Shown here piece after piece: positions 41,115 through 50,732 of a DNA stretch of 64,000 nt. The notes beneath the pieces are model-generated. The model searched no databases. It was not told where the DNA came from and worked only from the letters and a program-made list of their open reading frames with translations. A program made the position numbers and the translations under genes. The stretch's first letter is position 1. The number at the start of each line of letters is the position of its first letter. The DNA lies in contig OZ245007.1 of assembly GCA_965223635.1 (NCBI GenBank), positions 386,935-450,934 on the forward strand, written 5' to 3'. Origin of the DNA: Nitrospirales bacterium. GTDB lineage: Bacteria > Nitrospirota > Nitrospiria > Nitrospirales > UBA8639.

Positions 41115-43649
41115 TCAGGAAGGAGACGATGGGACAGATATCCATTTTTCCAAGATCGCCTGCAATTCTTCAATTTTCAGCGGCTTGGCGAGAAAATCAT
41201 CCATGCCCGAGGCTAAACATTTCTCTCTATCTTCGTCAAAGGCATTGGCAGTCACCGCAATAATAGGAATCCTGGTGGCAGGAGAAACCTTCGTGGCGTC
41301 AACTCCTTCGCTGCTTGCCTCTTCCTTTGAGCGGATCAAGCTGGTGGCTTCATACCCATCCATTTCTGGCATCATGCAATCCATGAGAATCGCACAATAG
41401 GATATTGTGCCTGCCCATGCATCCACGGCTTCTTGCCCATCACCAGCAACATCAACTTGGTAGCCCAACTTCTTCAACATCCGAACCGCCACTTTTTGAT
41501 TCACCAGATTATCTTCCGCTAAGAGTAGACGAGGCTGACTCTCGTGTTCCTGCTCTGCAATCGTATGGCGCGTCACTAACGAGGACATGGATACATCGGT
41601 TTGAGGCGCATGCTGATCCATCACTAAACAAAGCGCCTGATATAATTGTTCTTGTTTAATAGGTTTGGTGAGATACGCTGCCGCACCAAGTTCACGGGCC
41701 AATTTCCCATCGCCAGGCTTTCCTAAAGCCGTGACGATAATGACTCGAAGAGCGGTAAGGCTCCCGGCTTGCCTCAGGTGTTGAAAAAATGGCTTGCCGA
41801 AGCGCTCAAAATCTGCCACTTCGATAATGAGCAGGTCATACGGACGGTTTTCTTGAGCAGCTAATTGCAGAGCAGGAATCACGTCGCATTCCATCCCGAT
41901 AGATTGCACCTGGCTTCCCCACCCCTGAAGATGTTTCCCCACGTCTTCTGCCACCTTAGGATGTTGCATGACCACCGCAGCACGAATCGGCGGCAAAGAC
42001 GAAAGGGGGACGCCTGGCTGCGGTACCGACAGCCGCAAGGGCACGGTAAACCAAATTTTGGTTCCCTGGTTCTCCTGACTCTCACAGTCAATTTCCCCAT
42101 TCATTGTCTTGACGAGTTTTTGGCAAATGGACAAACCCAAACCTGTACCGCCAAATTTTCTAGCCGTGGAATCATCGCCCTGTGAAAACGGTGTAAATAA
42201 CCGCGTTTGAATTTCTGGTGTCATTCCCAGACCCGTATCCGCCACCTCAAATTGAATGTGGATATTTTCGGAATCTTGGCTCACGGCACTCACATGTAAC
42301 GCAATCTCACCTTCCTCCGTAAACTTCACACTATTCCCAAGTAAATTGATGAGAATTTGCCGCAACCGCCCTGGATCACCTTCCACCATCATCGGCACCT
42401 GTCCATGTATCAGCGCCATGACTTCTAGACCCTTGGGATGAGCTTGAATCGCGATAAGATCAACCACTCCTTCAACAACTTTTTGTAAGGAAAAGGCAAT
42501 GGTTTCTAGGCTTAACTTTCCAGCGTCAATTTTGGAAAAGTCTAAGATGTCATTGATCAGATTCAGCAATGATTCGCCAGAAACTTTTAAGGTTTCGGCA
42601 TAGTCGCGTTGTTCATCCGTCAATTCTGAATCCAGCAAAAATCCGGCCATCCCAATCACCCCATTCATGGGCGTGCGAATTTCATGGCTCATCGTGGCCA
42701 AGAATGCCGCTTTGGCTTTCATACCTTCCAGAGCAAGGTCGCGAGCCTTCGCTAACTCCTCTGCATTCTGCTTCTGTTGAGATATATCTTGTGCCAAGCA
42801 AACAAAGCCCCACGGGTCACCATCCGCCCTATGCATATTCGCACTAGAAAAGAGCACGGGAATCGTTGAGCCATCTTTTCGACGATAGAGCAATTCTTGA
42901 TTTCGCACCATTGGCACCTCTGAAAAAAACTGGTGCCAATTGTTTACAAACGCGCCGTCAGCGATGACCTGACTGACTGATTGTCCTAACAATTCTCTCT
43001 CGGCATACCCTAGCAACGCATTCGTGGCAGGATTGATAGCTTGAATTGTCAACGATTCATCCACGACGATGAGCGATTCAGCCATGGAGCCAATAATCTT
43101 ATCAACATAGGCTTTGGCCTGGTGGACCTCCTGGTAACTCTGCTGCAACTGCTCTTGCGTCTGTTCTAAGTCGGCTGTGACTTGCCGAAGGCGAATTTTC
43201 TCACGATACATGTCCAAAAATCCGCGAACTTTTCCTCGTAAAATATCTGGATCGACTGGTTTAAAGACATAATCAATCGCACCTAATTCATACCCTTTTT
43301 GTACATACATCTGATCTTTATTGATCGCGGTGACAAAGATCAGCGGCACCTGTTGCGCCGGCTCATATTCTCTGATCAATCCTGCGGTTTCAAATCCATC
43401 CATTTCTGACATCTGCACATCCATGAGAATCAGCGCGAATTCATGTCGAAGGATTTCAGAAAGGGCTTGCGCGCCGGATGTCACCATGACCAATTCAGCA
43501 TCCAGTTTTTTCAAGATGACTTTCATGGCGACCAGATTTTCCGAACGATCATCAACCACAAGAATTTTTGGTTGTACTGAGCCCTGGCTCTTCACAGTTG
43601 AAGGCTTCACTACTGAAGAGTGTGGGAATCCTGTATCCGCTGCACTCAT
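41115..43649 (-). CDS. Hybrid histidine kinase: REC, coiled coil, PAS, HisKA, HATPase, degenerate REC, REC
   Basis: The N-terminal receiver has ILVVDDRSEN ... LMDVQMSEMDG ... FKPV. The H-box is MSHEIRTPMNGV. The kinase motifs are NLLGNSVKFT, DTGLGM and GGTGLGLSI. The C-terminal receiver has LLLAEDNLVNQ ... LMDCMMPEMDG ... AKPL. Its ATG overlaps the upstream stop (ATGA at 43646-43649). Confidence 0.9.
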   Translation of the reverse strand: MSAADTGFPHSSVVKPSTVKSQGSVQPKILVVDDRSENLVAMKVILKKLDAELVMVTSGAQALSEILRHEFALILMDVQMSEMDGFETAGLIREYEPAQQVPLIFVTAINKDQMYVQKGYELGAIDYVFKPVDPDILRGKVRGFLDMYREKIRLRQVTADLEQTQEQLQQSYQEVHQAKAYVDKIIGSMAESLIVVDESLTIQAINPATNALLGYAERELLGQSVSQVIADGAFVNNWHQFFSEVPMVRNQELLYRRKDGSTIPVLFSSANMHRADGDPWGFVCLAQDISQQKQNAEELAKARDLALEGMKAKAAFLATMSHEIRTPMNGVIGMAGFLLDSELTDEQRDYAETLKVSGESLLNLINDILDFSKIDAGKLSLETIAFSLQKVVEGVVDLIAIQAHPKGLEVMALIHGQVPMMVEGDPGRLRQILINLLGNSVKFTEEGEIALHVSAVSQDSENIHIQFEVADTGLGMTPEIQTRLFTPFSQGDDSTARKFGGTGLGLSICQKLVKTMNGEIDCESQENQGTKIWFTVPLRLSVPQPGVPLSSLPPIRAAVVMQHPKVAEDVGKHLQGWGSQVQSIGMECDVIPALQLAAQENRPYDLLIIEVADFERFGKPFFQHLRQAGSLTALRVIIVTALGKPGDGKLARELGAAAYLTKPIKQEQLYQALCLVMDQHAPQTDVSMSSLVTRHTIAEQEHESQPRLLLAEDNLVNQKVAVRMLKKLGYQVDVAGDGQEAVDAWAGTISYCAILMDCMMPEMDGYEATSLIRSKEEASSEGVDATKVSPATRIPIIAVTANAFDEDREKCLASGMDDFLAKPLKIEELQAILEKWISVPSSPS

Positions 43650-46600
43650 CGGGTCGCACCAGCCTTCGTGTTCATACTGGATTCCATGATCGAAAAGAGT
43701 TGTGCGAAGTCCACGGGTTTACTCAAGTAGCCATTGGCGCCGGCTGCTCGGCATTTCTCTTCTTCATCTCGCATGTTTTTCGCCGTCAGCATGATAATTG
43801 GAAGATCCTGATATTCCGCATGCTCCCGAATACGTTGAGTCGTCTCATAGCCATCCATTTCAGGCATCATGATGTCCATCAGCACCACATCAATGCAGGA
43901 GATGACTTCAAGTTTTTCTAAAGCTAACGCCCCGGTATCGGCAATCGTCACGATCGCGCCGGCTTGTTTTAAAACCTTCGATAAGGCAAAGACATTGCGA
44001 AAATCGTCATCAACTAACAACACGTGGCGGTCTTTTACACAAGCCGTATGGACTTCAGCCTGCTCCCCCGCCATTCGAGATAATTGCTGCTGTGCAGGCT
44101 GAGGATCCGTTTGATGAAAAAACGTCCCAACTTCTCCTAACAGTCGTTCGGCAGCCAACCCGCCTTTCAGCACAACAGAACTCGCGTATTCCATCAGTTC
44201 CTGATGCTCTTCACGAGACAGATCCTTGGCTGTATAGACGATCACAGGGGGGATCTCGCTCTCCGGATCCGCTTTGATGGTTCGCAGCAGCTCCAAGCCA
44301 GACATATCTGGTAAGCGTAAGTCCGTAATCAATAAATCACATCCGTCTTGTTTCAAAGACACCAAGGCCTTTTCCGCCGTCTCAACGACCACGACCTGGG
44401 CTCCTTGCTGCTCAAGCATGGTTTGTGTCGCCTGTTGGACAACAAGGTCATCTTCCACGAGAAGCACCTGTGGGAGGTCCTTGCCACCTTGGCAGGGAAT
44501 CATTCGGTCAAACGTTTCTCGCAAGACCTCACTATCCACAGGTTTGGTGAGATAGCCGGCCGCCCCCTTGGTCAGCAACTCGCCAAGATTCTCTCGGCCA
44601 GAGATCACATGAACGGGAATATGTTGAGTCTGCGGATTCTTCTTGAGTGCGTCTAAGACGGCTTCTCCACTTACATCGGGCAAGGTCATATCTAAGAGGA
44701 TCGCTGAAGGGTTTTGTGACAATGCCACTTGCAAACCTTCTTGGCCAGAGCAAGTCCAGGTACACAAATACCCTTGTTTGCTTCCATAGTTTTCTAAAAT
44801 ACAGCCAAATGTCGGATCATCTTCAATTATCAGCAGGGTCTTGGGTCGAGCCTCGTCAATTGGAGTGGCCGCCTCATTTCGCAGGATTGATGACGTCGCT
44901 CCTCTTGATTCAACCGTCTTAACAGGAGGCTCAGGTTTGGCACCCACCAGGTCTCGACTGTCCAGTGGCAAATATAACGAGAAGGTACTCCCTGTTCCGA
45001 CTTCACTCACCAGCTGAATTTCCCCCCCCAACATCAGTGCTAATTCCCGAGAAATACTCAATCCTAACCCCGTGCCCCCATGCTTACGGCTGGTGGAGCC
45101 ATCCGCCTGTTGAAAGGCTTCAAAGATAGCGGCTTGCTTCTCCGACGGAATGCCCATGCCCGTATCTACCACCGAAAAGACGATGGAGGATTCGGCTTCC
45201 AACTGCGCATGCTGTAATCTTGTGTCACTGTCCATCAGATGAATGTGCAAGGTCACATTTCCCCCGGAGGTAAACTTCAGGGCGTTTGAAAGAAGATTCT
45301 TGAGGATCTGTTCGACGCGTAGTTGGTCGGTGACTAGCGTGGCCGGGAGGTTGGACGCTCGATCAATCGTCCAGGTATTCCCCTTCTCTTTGGCCAATGG
45401 CGCAAATTGCCCAGCCAGGCGTTGGCAGATGTCCTCTAGGCTCACGGTTTCTAATTGGACCGATAACTTCCCGGCTTCCACTTTGGATAAGTCCAAAATA
45501 TCATTGATGAGTTTTAATAAGTCTTTCCCACTCGAATGAATGACGCGAGCCGATTCGATTTGTTCCTCGAGTAAATTGCCGTCTTCATTATCCACAAGAG
45601 TTTTGGCCAAAATAAGCAAGCTATTCAGAGGCGTTCGCAATTCATGCGACATATTGGCTAAAAATTCCGATTTGTATTTACTGGCTTGAGCCAGCTCACG
45701 AGCCTTTTTCTCAACATCTATGTTCGCTTGCTCGATTCGTCGGCTATTCTCTTCGATCTCAAGCTTTTGTTTGACCAGAGTCTCTCCTTTTTTCTTGAGT
45801 TCTTCGTTCGTCGCCCGAAGCTCCTCACTCTGCACCTGAAGCTCCATTTCAGAATTCCTCAGAGCATCGGTTTGCTTCTGTAGTTCTTCATTCTGTGTCA
45901 CCATTTCCTCTTGCTGACGTTGGAGGGCCTGGGATTGGTCTTGTGCGGTCTTTAAGGCCTCCGTTAACTGCTCGCGGTTCTGAGCCAAGTTGATCGCAAT
46001 ACCCAAGCTCTCACAGATTCGGTCAAGAAGCTCCTTATGGTTGTCAGAAAAAGACTTCAACGAAGCCAACTCAAGCACGCCATTGACTGTACCCTGAAAC
46101 ATGATCGGTACCACAATGAGGCTACAGGGAGGAGAACTACCAAGACCCGTATCGATCCTGATGTGGTCGTCGGGGACTTCTTCCAGAATGAACCCCTTTT
46201 TTTCTTTGGCAGCCTGCCCCACAATTCCCTGACCCAGAACAATGGTACTGTTCAGACGTTTACGACGGTCAAATGCGTAAGTGCCGCATAGCCTCAATTC
46301 CTCAGAACCTCGTTCCCTAACATAGAACACGCCTGCCTGTGCGTCTAGGTAAGGAGCCAATGTCGACAGAGATCTGTCCGTAAGCTCCTCAACGGATAAT
46401 TCGCCTCGCATGGCATTCCCGAGAAGAGTTTGGCCTTCTTTGAGCCAATTTTCTCTTCTGGTAATTTCTTTAGTCTCGCTAAGGTTTTGACTCATCAGAT
46501 TGATAGAATTACCAAGAACGTCCTGGGGTCCCTTGACTTCTACTCTTGTTGAAAAATCACCCCGCACAATGGACTCAGCAACGGTTGTGACCTGACCTAA

Positions 46601-48334
46601 TGTTCTGGTCAAATCTAACAACGCCTGGCCAATTTCATCCTGGTCGCCTGTCGCAGAAAATTCGGCGGAGTACTCCCCTCGACTAAGAGTCGCAATTTGG
46701 GCTCGATAGCTGTCATTGCGTATTTTCTGCTCGGTGATATTGGTGGCGTATTTGACAATTTTAAAGACGGTGCCGTTGGGGTCCTTGATGGGTGTATACG
46801 TCGCTTGCAGCCACACACTTTTACCGTCTTTGCGGAGGCGGTGAAACTCCCCCCCATTGTCCTTTCCCGCCGCAAGGTCTTGCCAGAACTCCTGGTAGCT
46901 AGCGGTGTTCCTCACCTCCTCCGGGACAAACATGCGGTGGTGTTGGTTGCGGATTTCCTCCATGGTGTACCCCATCACGTCAAGGAAGATCGGGTTCGCG
47001 GAGAGGATCGTGCCGTCTGGCAGAAACTGGATGACGCTCTGCGAGTTGTTGATACCCTCGATCTGGCCCTGAAAGTCCGCGTTGTGCAGTTTCTGCTCGG
47101 TGATATTGGTGGCGTATTTGACAATTTTAAAGACGGTGCCGTTGGGGTCCTTGATCGGTGTATACGTCGCTTGCAGCCACACACTTTTACCGTCTTTGCG
47201 GAGGCGGTGAAACTCCCCCCCATTGTCCTTTCCCGCCGCAAGGTCTTGCCAGAACTCCTGGTAGCTAGCGGTGTTCCTCACCTCCTCCGGGACAAACATG
47301 CGGTGGTGTTGGTTGCGGATTTCCTCCATGGTGTACCCCATCACGTCAAGGAAGATCGGGTTCGCGGAGAGGATCGTGCCGTCTGGCAGAAACTGGATGA
47401 CGCTCTGCGAGTTGTTGATACCCTCGATCTGATGCTGAAAGTCCAGGAGTTGTGCCTGGGTACTCCTCAAGAATTCCGTTCGTTCCTGCAATACTTCAAT
47501 GTTTTCCTGCAAGGTCTCAGCCATATGATTCAAGGTCGTTGCCACATTATCTGTTGAAGTCGTTGACGTCTCTTGAAATTCTATTCGTGCAGAGAATGTC
47601 CCTTGGGCGATATCTTGGGACAGGGCGATTAACGCCGAGGGGTCAGCCCCCAATTGCCCCATGAGTTTTCGCCTCATGACTATCATCGCCCCTCCCCCTA
47701 AGACAAAAGCTAGCATGGACCCGAATAACGCGATATTTTTCGCCGCGTTACCCGTGGCTGTACTCTCCTTAGTTCGCGTTTCCATTAAAGCGTTCTCGAC
47801 CATAATAAATTCATCCAGTATCATCCGGATCTCGTCCATTATTTCTTTGCCACTTTTTTTACCATCGGGTTGAGGTATCCCATCGATGGTTTTTCCTTGG
47901 AGTACGTGAACCAAGGCCTCTGGTGGCACCGTGCCAAAGTCGATCTGCCGCTTCAGATTAATTTCGTATTCTCCGGCAGATGTCAACCAGTGCTCCTTGA
48001 GTTGACGAATCGACTCAAGCCGTTTCACCTGTGGTGGATTGTCAGCAACCAAGTCCATGGTTTTCTCTATTGTTTGTACAAATGCCATTTTTCCATCAAC
48101 AAACGGTTCCAGAAAATTCTCATTGCCAGTGAGCATGAACCCCCGTTGTCCGGTTTCCATATCGACCATGGTCTTGCCAAGCGCATTGGCATGACTAATG
48201 ACGGTGGACGTGTGAGTCACCCACCCGGTGTTTTCAATTAGGCCGGTCGTCGCACGATACATTACCACTGCGATCACACAGAGGAAGGCCAGGAGCAACA
48301 CGTTGACGGCAATTAGCTGTGTTTTGAATTTCAT
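43646..48334 (-). CDS. 1562-aa hybrid histidine kinase: CHASE3, TM, HAMP, PAS, PAS (duplicated), HAMP, GAF, NEEL-type coiled coil, HisKA, HATPase, and three REC domains
   Basis: The CHASE3 block is DMETGQRGFMLTGNENFLEPF. There are two TM helices. The PAS modules read VIQFLPDGTILSANPIFLDVMGYTMEEIRNQHHRMFV. The GAF part reads VFYVRERGSEELRLCGTYAF. The H-box is MSHELRTPLNSL. The kinase motifs are NLLSNALKFT, DTGMGIP and GGTGLGLSI. The three receivers contain LLIIEDDP.., VLLVEDDL.. and VLLVDDDF..LMDIMMPEMDG. Confidence 0.9.
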   Translation of the reverse strand: MKFKTQLIAVNVLLLAFLCVIAVVMYRATTGLIENTGWVTHTSTVISHANALGKTMVDMETGQRGFMLTGNENFLEPFVDGKMAFVQTIEKTMDLVADNPPQVKRLESIRQLKEHWLTSAGEYEINLKRQIDFGTVPPEALVHVLQGKTIDGIPQPDGKKSGKEIMDEIRMILDEFIMVENALMETRTKESTATGNAAKNIALFGSMLAFVLGGGAMIVMRRKLMGQLGADPSALIALSQDIAQGTFSARIEFQETSTTSTDNVATTLNHMAETLQENIEVLQERTEFLRSTQAQLLDFQHQIEGINNSQSVIQFLPDGTILSANPIFLDVMGYTMEEIRNQHHRMFVPEEVRNTASYQEFWQDLAAGKDNGGEFHRLRKDGKSVWLQATYTPIKDPNGTVFKIVKYATNITEQKLHNADFQGQIEGINNSQSVIQFLPDGTILSANPIFLDVMGYTMEEIRNQHHRMFVPEEVRNTASYQEFWQDLAAGKDNGGEFHRLRKDGKSVWLQATYTPIKDPNGTVFKIVKYATNITEQKIRNDSYRAQIATLSRGEYSAEFSATGDQDEIGQALLDLTRTLGQVTTVAESIVRGDFSTRVEVKGPQDVLGNSINLMSQNLSETKEITRRENWLKEGQTLLGNAMRGELSVEELTDRSLSTLAPYLDAQAGVFYVRERGSEELRLCGTYAFDRRKRLNSTIVLGQGIVGQAAKEKKGFILEEVPDDHIRIDTGLGSSPPCSLIVVPIMFQGTVNGVLELASLKSFSDNHKELLDRICESLGIAINLAQNREQLTEALKTAQDQSQALQRQQEEMVTQNEELQKQTDALRNSEMELQVQSEELRATNEELKKKGETLVKQKLEIEENSRRIEQANIDVEKKARELAQASKYKSEFLANMSHELRTPLNSLLILAKTLVDNEDGNLLEEQIESARVIHSSGKDLLKLINDILDLSKVEAGKLSVQLETVSLEDICQRLAGQFAPLAKEKGNTWTIDRASNLPATLVTDQLRVEQILKNLLSNALKFTSGGNVTLHIHLMDSDTRLQHAQLEAESSIVFSVVDTGMGIPSEKQAAIFEAFQQADGSTSRKHGGTGLGLSISRELALMLGGEIQLVSEVGTGSTFSLYLPLDSRDLVGAKPEPPVKTVESRGATSSILRNEAATPIDEARPKTLLIIEDDPTFGCILENYGSKQGYLCTWTCSGQEGLQVALSQNPSAILLDMTLPDVSGEAVLDALKKNPQTQHIPVHVISGRENLGELLTKGAAGYLTKPVDSEVLRETFDRMIPCQGGKDLPQVLLVEDDLVVQQATQTMLEQQGAQVVVVETAEKALVSLKQDGCDLLITDLRLPDMSGLELLRTIKADPESEIPPVIVYTAKDLSREEHQELMEYASSVVLKGGLAAERLLGEVGTFFHQTDPQPAQQQLSRMAGEQAEVHTACVKDRHVLLVDDDFRNVFALSKVLKQAGAIVTIADTGALALEKLEVISCIDVVLMDIMMPEMDGYETTQRIREHAEYQDLPIIMLTAKNMRDEEEKCRAAGANGYLSKPVDFAQLFSIMESSMNTKAGATR
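46724..47455. repeat. Near-perfect 366-bp (122-codon) tandem duplication inside the kinase gene, duplicating one PAS/PAC module
   Basis: Segments 46724-47065 and 47090-47431 are identical by eye except for G46790 versus C47156, which is synonymous on the coding strand. The 24-bp junction segments (47066-47089 and 47432-47455) are diverged. Confidence 0.95.
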
Positions 48335-49015
48335 AGGCTGACGTCTCCGTAAGAAAGGAGGAGCCGATGATCAGATAATAGCCATTTCAGATTGATGCTT
48401 ATAGCCACGAATGAATCTCTCATGTTTGTTGTGTTCATTTCAGAACCCAAGGGCGGCCTTTCTAATACTCCCGTAGAGAGGCACAATATGACCTATCTTG
48501 GTAGCCTGGTTATACCATCTTTCTGTATATCGGCCGCTAGAAGAGTACCCTTTAGTTCATGATGATCTTTGGAGTTTTTATTGAATCGTGAGCGTCAGGA
48601 GACGTTAATGGGGAGGCGAAAACGAGAACAGTCAAACGTGAAAAGACGAGAAGGCGTTTGGTGAAAATCTAGAGAGAGAGCAACACATTACATCGCCCTA
48701 GCCATTACGGCGAGGGTCTATTGAAAAAAGCAACCAGCGGCGTTCTCGCCATTGTTCCGTGCTCACGTCGTGCCAGTACGCTCCGCGCGCAAAAATAGCT
48801 GTGGCCTTCCCTTCGAGAAGCCTCAGGACAGGACCGGACGGACTTTTTTGAACAGCCCCGAGGTTGTTGATTGCCAAGGGCTTCCTGGCGAAATATGGCT
48901 GTTGATATCTTTATTATTCAACACTCCCAGCGAATATTCCAAAACAGGGGAAAACCTTGGATTCTTGTTTTCACGTGACTGTCTGTATGGATGCCAGACT
49001 CCTTATTCTATTCAA

Positions 49016-50662
49016 CTAGGTAGCTGATTCAAGGATTTGTTTGTAGAGCTGGTGGACTTGGGAAGTATGGTAACGATAATCGGCAAGTAAATTTTCAGCA
49101 GTGTGTTTTGTGCTTTCTTCCATTGGATATCCCATTCGAATGGCGCATTTGGCAATTTCTTCAATTTTTAGAGGGAGGAGGTGGGTTTGTAACTCATGAA
49201 CCATTTGAATTTTTGTCTCAAGATTTCGCAAAAAAATATAAGATTCCTTCAATTGCTGAAAGACCTCCGTTTTCAATTTTCCAACCTTTACCAATTTCAA
49301 TAAACTTTTGAGCGTTTGCCTATCACGAATACTGGTATACCGATAGCCCCACCGCAACTGAAGACTTTGCGCGATGAACTCAATTTCACGAATGCCCCCC
49401 GTGCCTAACTTTACATTGCGTTGCAGCTCTCCTTTACGGGTCATTTTGGACACCATCTGAGAACGAAGAGCACGAATCTCTGAGAAGACTTGAGGAGCGG
49501 TGTCTGGCCCTCCGTACACAAATTTCCCCAATTTTCGGATAAGGGATTGCCCCATTCGAATATCCCCCGCAATAGGCTTGGCCTTTAAGAATGCTAAACG
49601 CTCCCAAGTTCGTCCCCGTGTTTGATAATAATGACAGGCATCTTCTACCGAACAGGCTAATGCCCCGACCTGCCCTTCCGGACGCAAACGCATATCTACT
49701 CGAAACAGGGCTCCTTCGGCCGTTGAAGCAGACAACACATTCGTAAGTTCTCTTGCTACAGTATGAAAATAATCTGAACCCAAGAGAGCCTGCTGCCGTA
49801 TTCCTGCGTTCGTATTGCGTTCTGGAGCCTGATAGACATAAATCAGATCAACATCTGAACTATAATTTAATTCCCATCCACCAAGCTTTCCCATAGCCAG
49901 CACAGAAAAACCTATTCGTTTTTTCCCCTTCAGAGAAGCTTGCCCCCCCCAGTTCCCATGCTGCCGCTGGAGCTCTTGCTCCACAAGTTCATACGCGGCC
50001 TGAATCACCCCTGCAGCTAAATCAGACAGCACCGTATAGGTTTCAATAGGCGTGGCAAGTCCTAGGAGATCACGAATACCAAGACGGAGCATTTCACGTC
50101 GCTTGAATCGACGCAAGGCTTCACACTTTATCTCAAAGCTCCTTACACCTTCCAGCATGGTTTGTAGGGCAACCAACAACTTAGCTTTGGACCGACGTTG
50201 TACCAGCACTCGATCATCTTCAATCCAATAGACTAACAAAGGATCTCGAATCAGTGTCTGTGCCATCGCCTGGCTATTACCAAAGACCATTCCTAACACC
50301 TCAATAACATGTGGAACTTGTTGTAGATATTGAAACAATTGCAAACGATGAATACCCGAATCCACATACCGTTCCCATTCATTTAACGCCTGATCAGGAT
50401 CGGCAGTCTGAGACAGACTCGCAAGAAGAACCGAAAGAATTTCTGCTAAGGCTTCTCGGGTATTTGGGTCCCCTGCCATGGCCTGAAGGTTGTGGTCGGC
50501 TTGTTTCCAATCTTGAATGCCATATGCTTGGAGCAGGCGCGCGACTTCAGCCGGGGCCAAATCTTTCGCCAGGAGAATGGGGCTGGGATCGGAAAATTGA
50601 GAAGAGGTTACCTTTTTTCTGATCATGGGTTTTTGAGAGACGTATTTGGGCGTGGATTTCAT
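49016..50662 (-). CDS. Half-size GlnE-like protein (single nucleotidyltransferase module of glutamine synthetase adenylyltransferase / adenylyl-removing enzyme)
   Basis: Motifs: TADPDQALNEWERY, MGKLGGWELNYSSDVDLIYVY (NTase motif), LFRVDMRLRPEG and YYQTRGRTWERLAFLKA. The start may instead be M13 at 50626. Confidence 0.75.
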   Translation of the reverse strand: MKSTPKYVSQKPMIRKKVTSSQFSDPSPILLAKDLAPAEVARLLQAYGIQDWKQADHNLQAMAGDPNTREALAEILSVLLASLSQTADPDQALNEWERYVDSGIHRLQLFQYLQQVPHVIEVLGMVFGNSQAMAQTLIRDPLLVYWIEDDRVLVQRRSKAKLLVALQTMLEGVRSFEIKCEALRRFKRREMLRLGIRDLLGLATPIETYTVLSDLAAGVIQAAYELVEQELQRQHGNWGGQASLKGKKRIGFSVLAMGKLGGWELNYSSDVDLIYVYQAPERNTNAGIRQQALLGSDYFHTVARELTNVLSASTAEGALFRVDMRLRPEGQVGALACSVEDACHYYQTRGRTWERLAFLKAKPIAGDIRMGQSLIRKLGKFVYGGPDTAPQVFSEIRALRSQMVSKMTRKGELQRNVKLGTGGIREIEFIAQSLQLRWGYRYTSIRDRQTLKSLLKLVKVGKLKTEVFQQLKESYIFLRNLETKIQMVHELQTHLLPLKIEEIAKCAIRMGYPMEESTKHTAENLLADYRYHTSQVHQLYKQILESAT

Positions 50663-50732
50663 GGAGACGGGAAATTATACGAGACCCTTACAGACCTTAC
50701 AATGCACAAAAATTTCAGTATACTCCCACACC

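Noticed and set aside
40607-41263. 218-aa plus-strand ORF spanning the cheR / kinase-2 junction
   Set aside because: It overlaps two strongly supported minus-strand genes and has low-complexity, basic composition.
46697-47557. 286-aa plus-strand ORF with an internal perfect repeat
   Set aside because: It is antisense to the well-supported kinase gene. Its repeat simply mirrors the 366-bp PAS duplication, and it has no recognisable motifs.
48691-48890. Possible SRP RNA, 6S RNA, tmRNA, RNase P or group II intron domain V
   Set aside because: I checked by eye on both strands for the conserved cores: the SRP GGAA-tetraloop/AGCAGCC motif, RNase P GAGGAAAGUCC, the tmRNA 5' GGGGCUGAUUCUGGAUUCGACGGG, and the domain V consensus. 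None is present.
48752-49027. 91-aa ORF in the long intergenic region
   Set aside because: It has no SD and odd composition. It runs into the 3' end of the convergent glnE-like gene. I kept the underlying GC-rich DNA as a finding but did not call a CDS.
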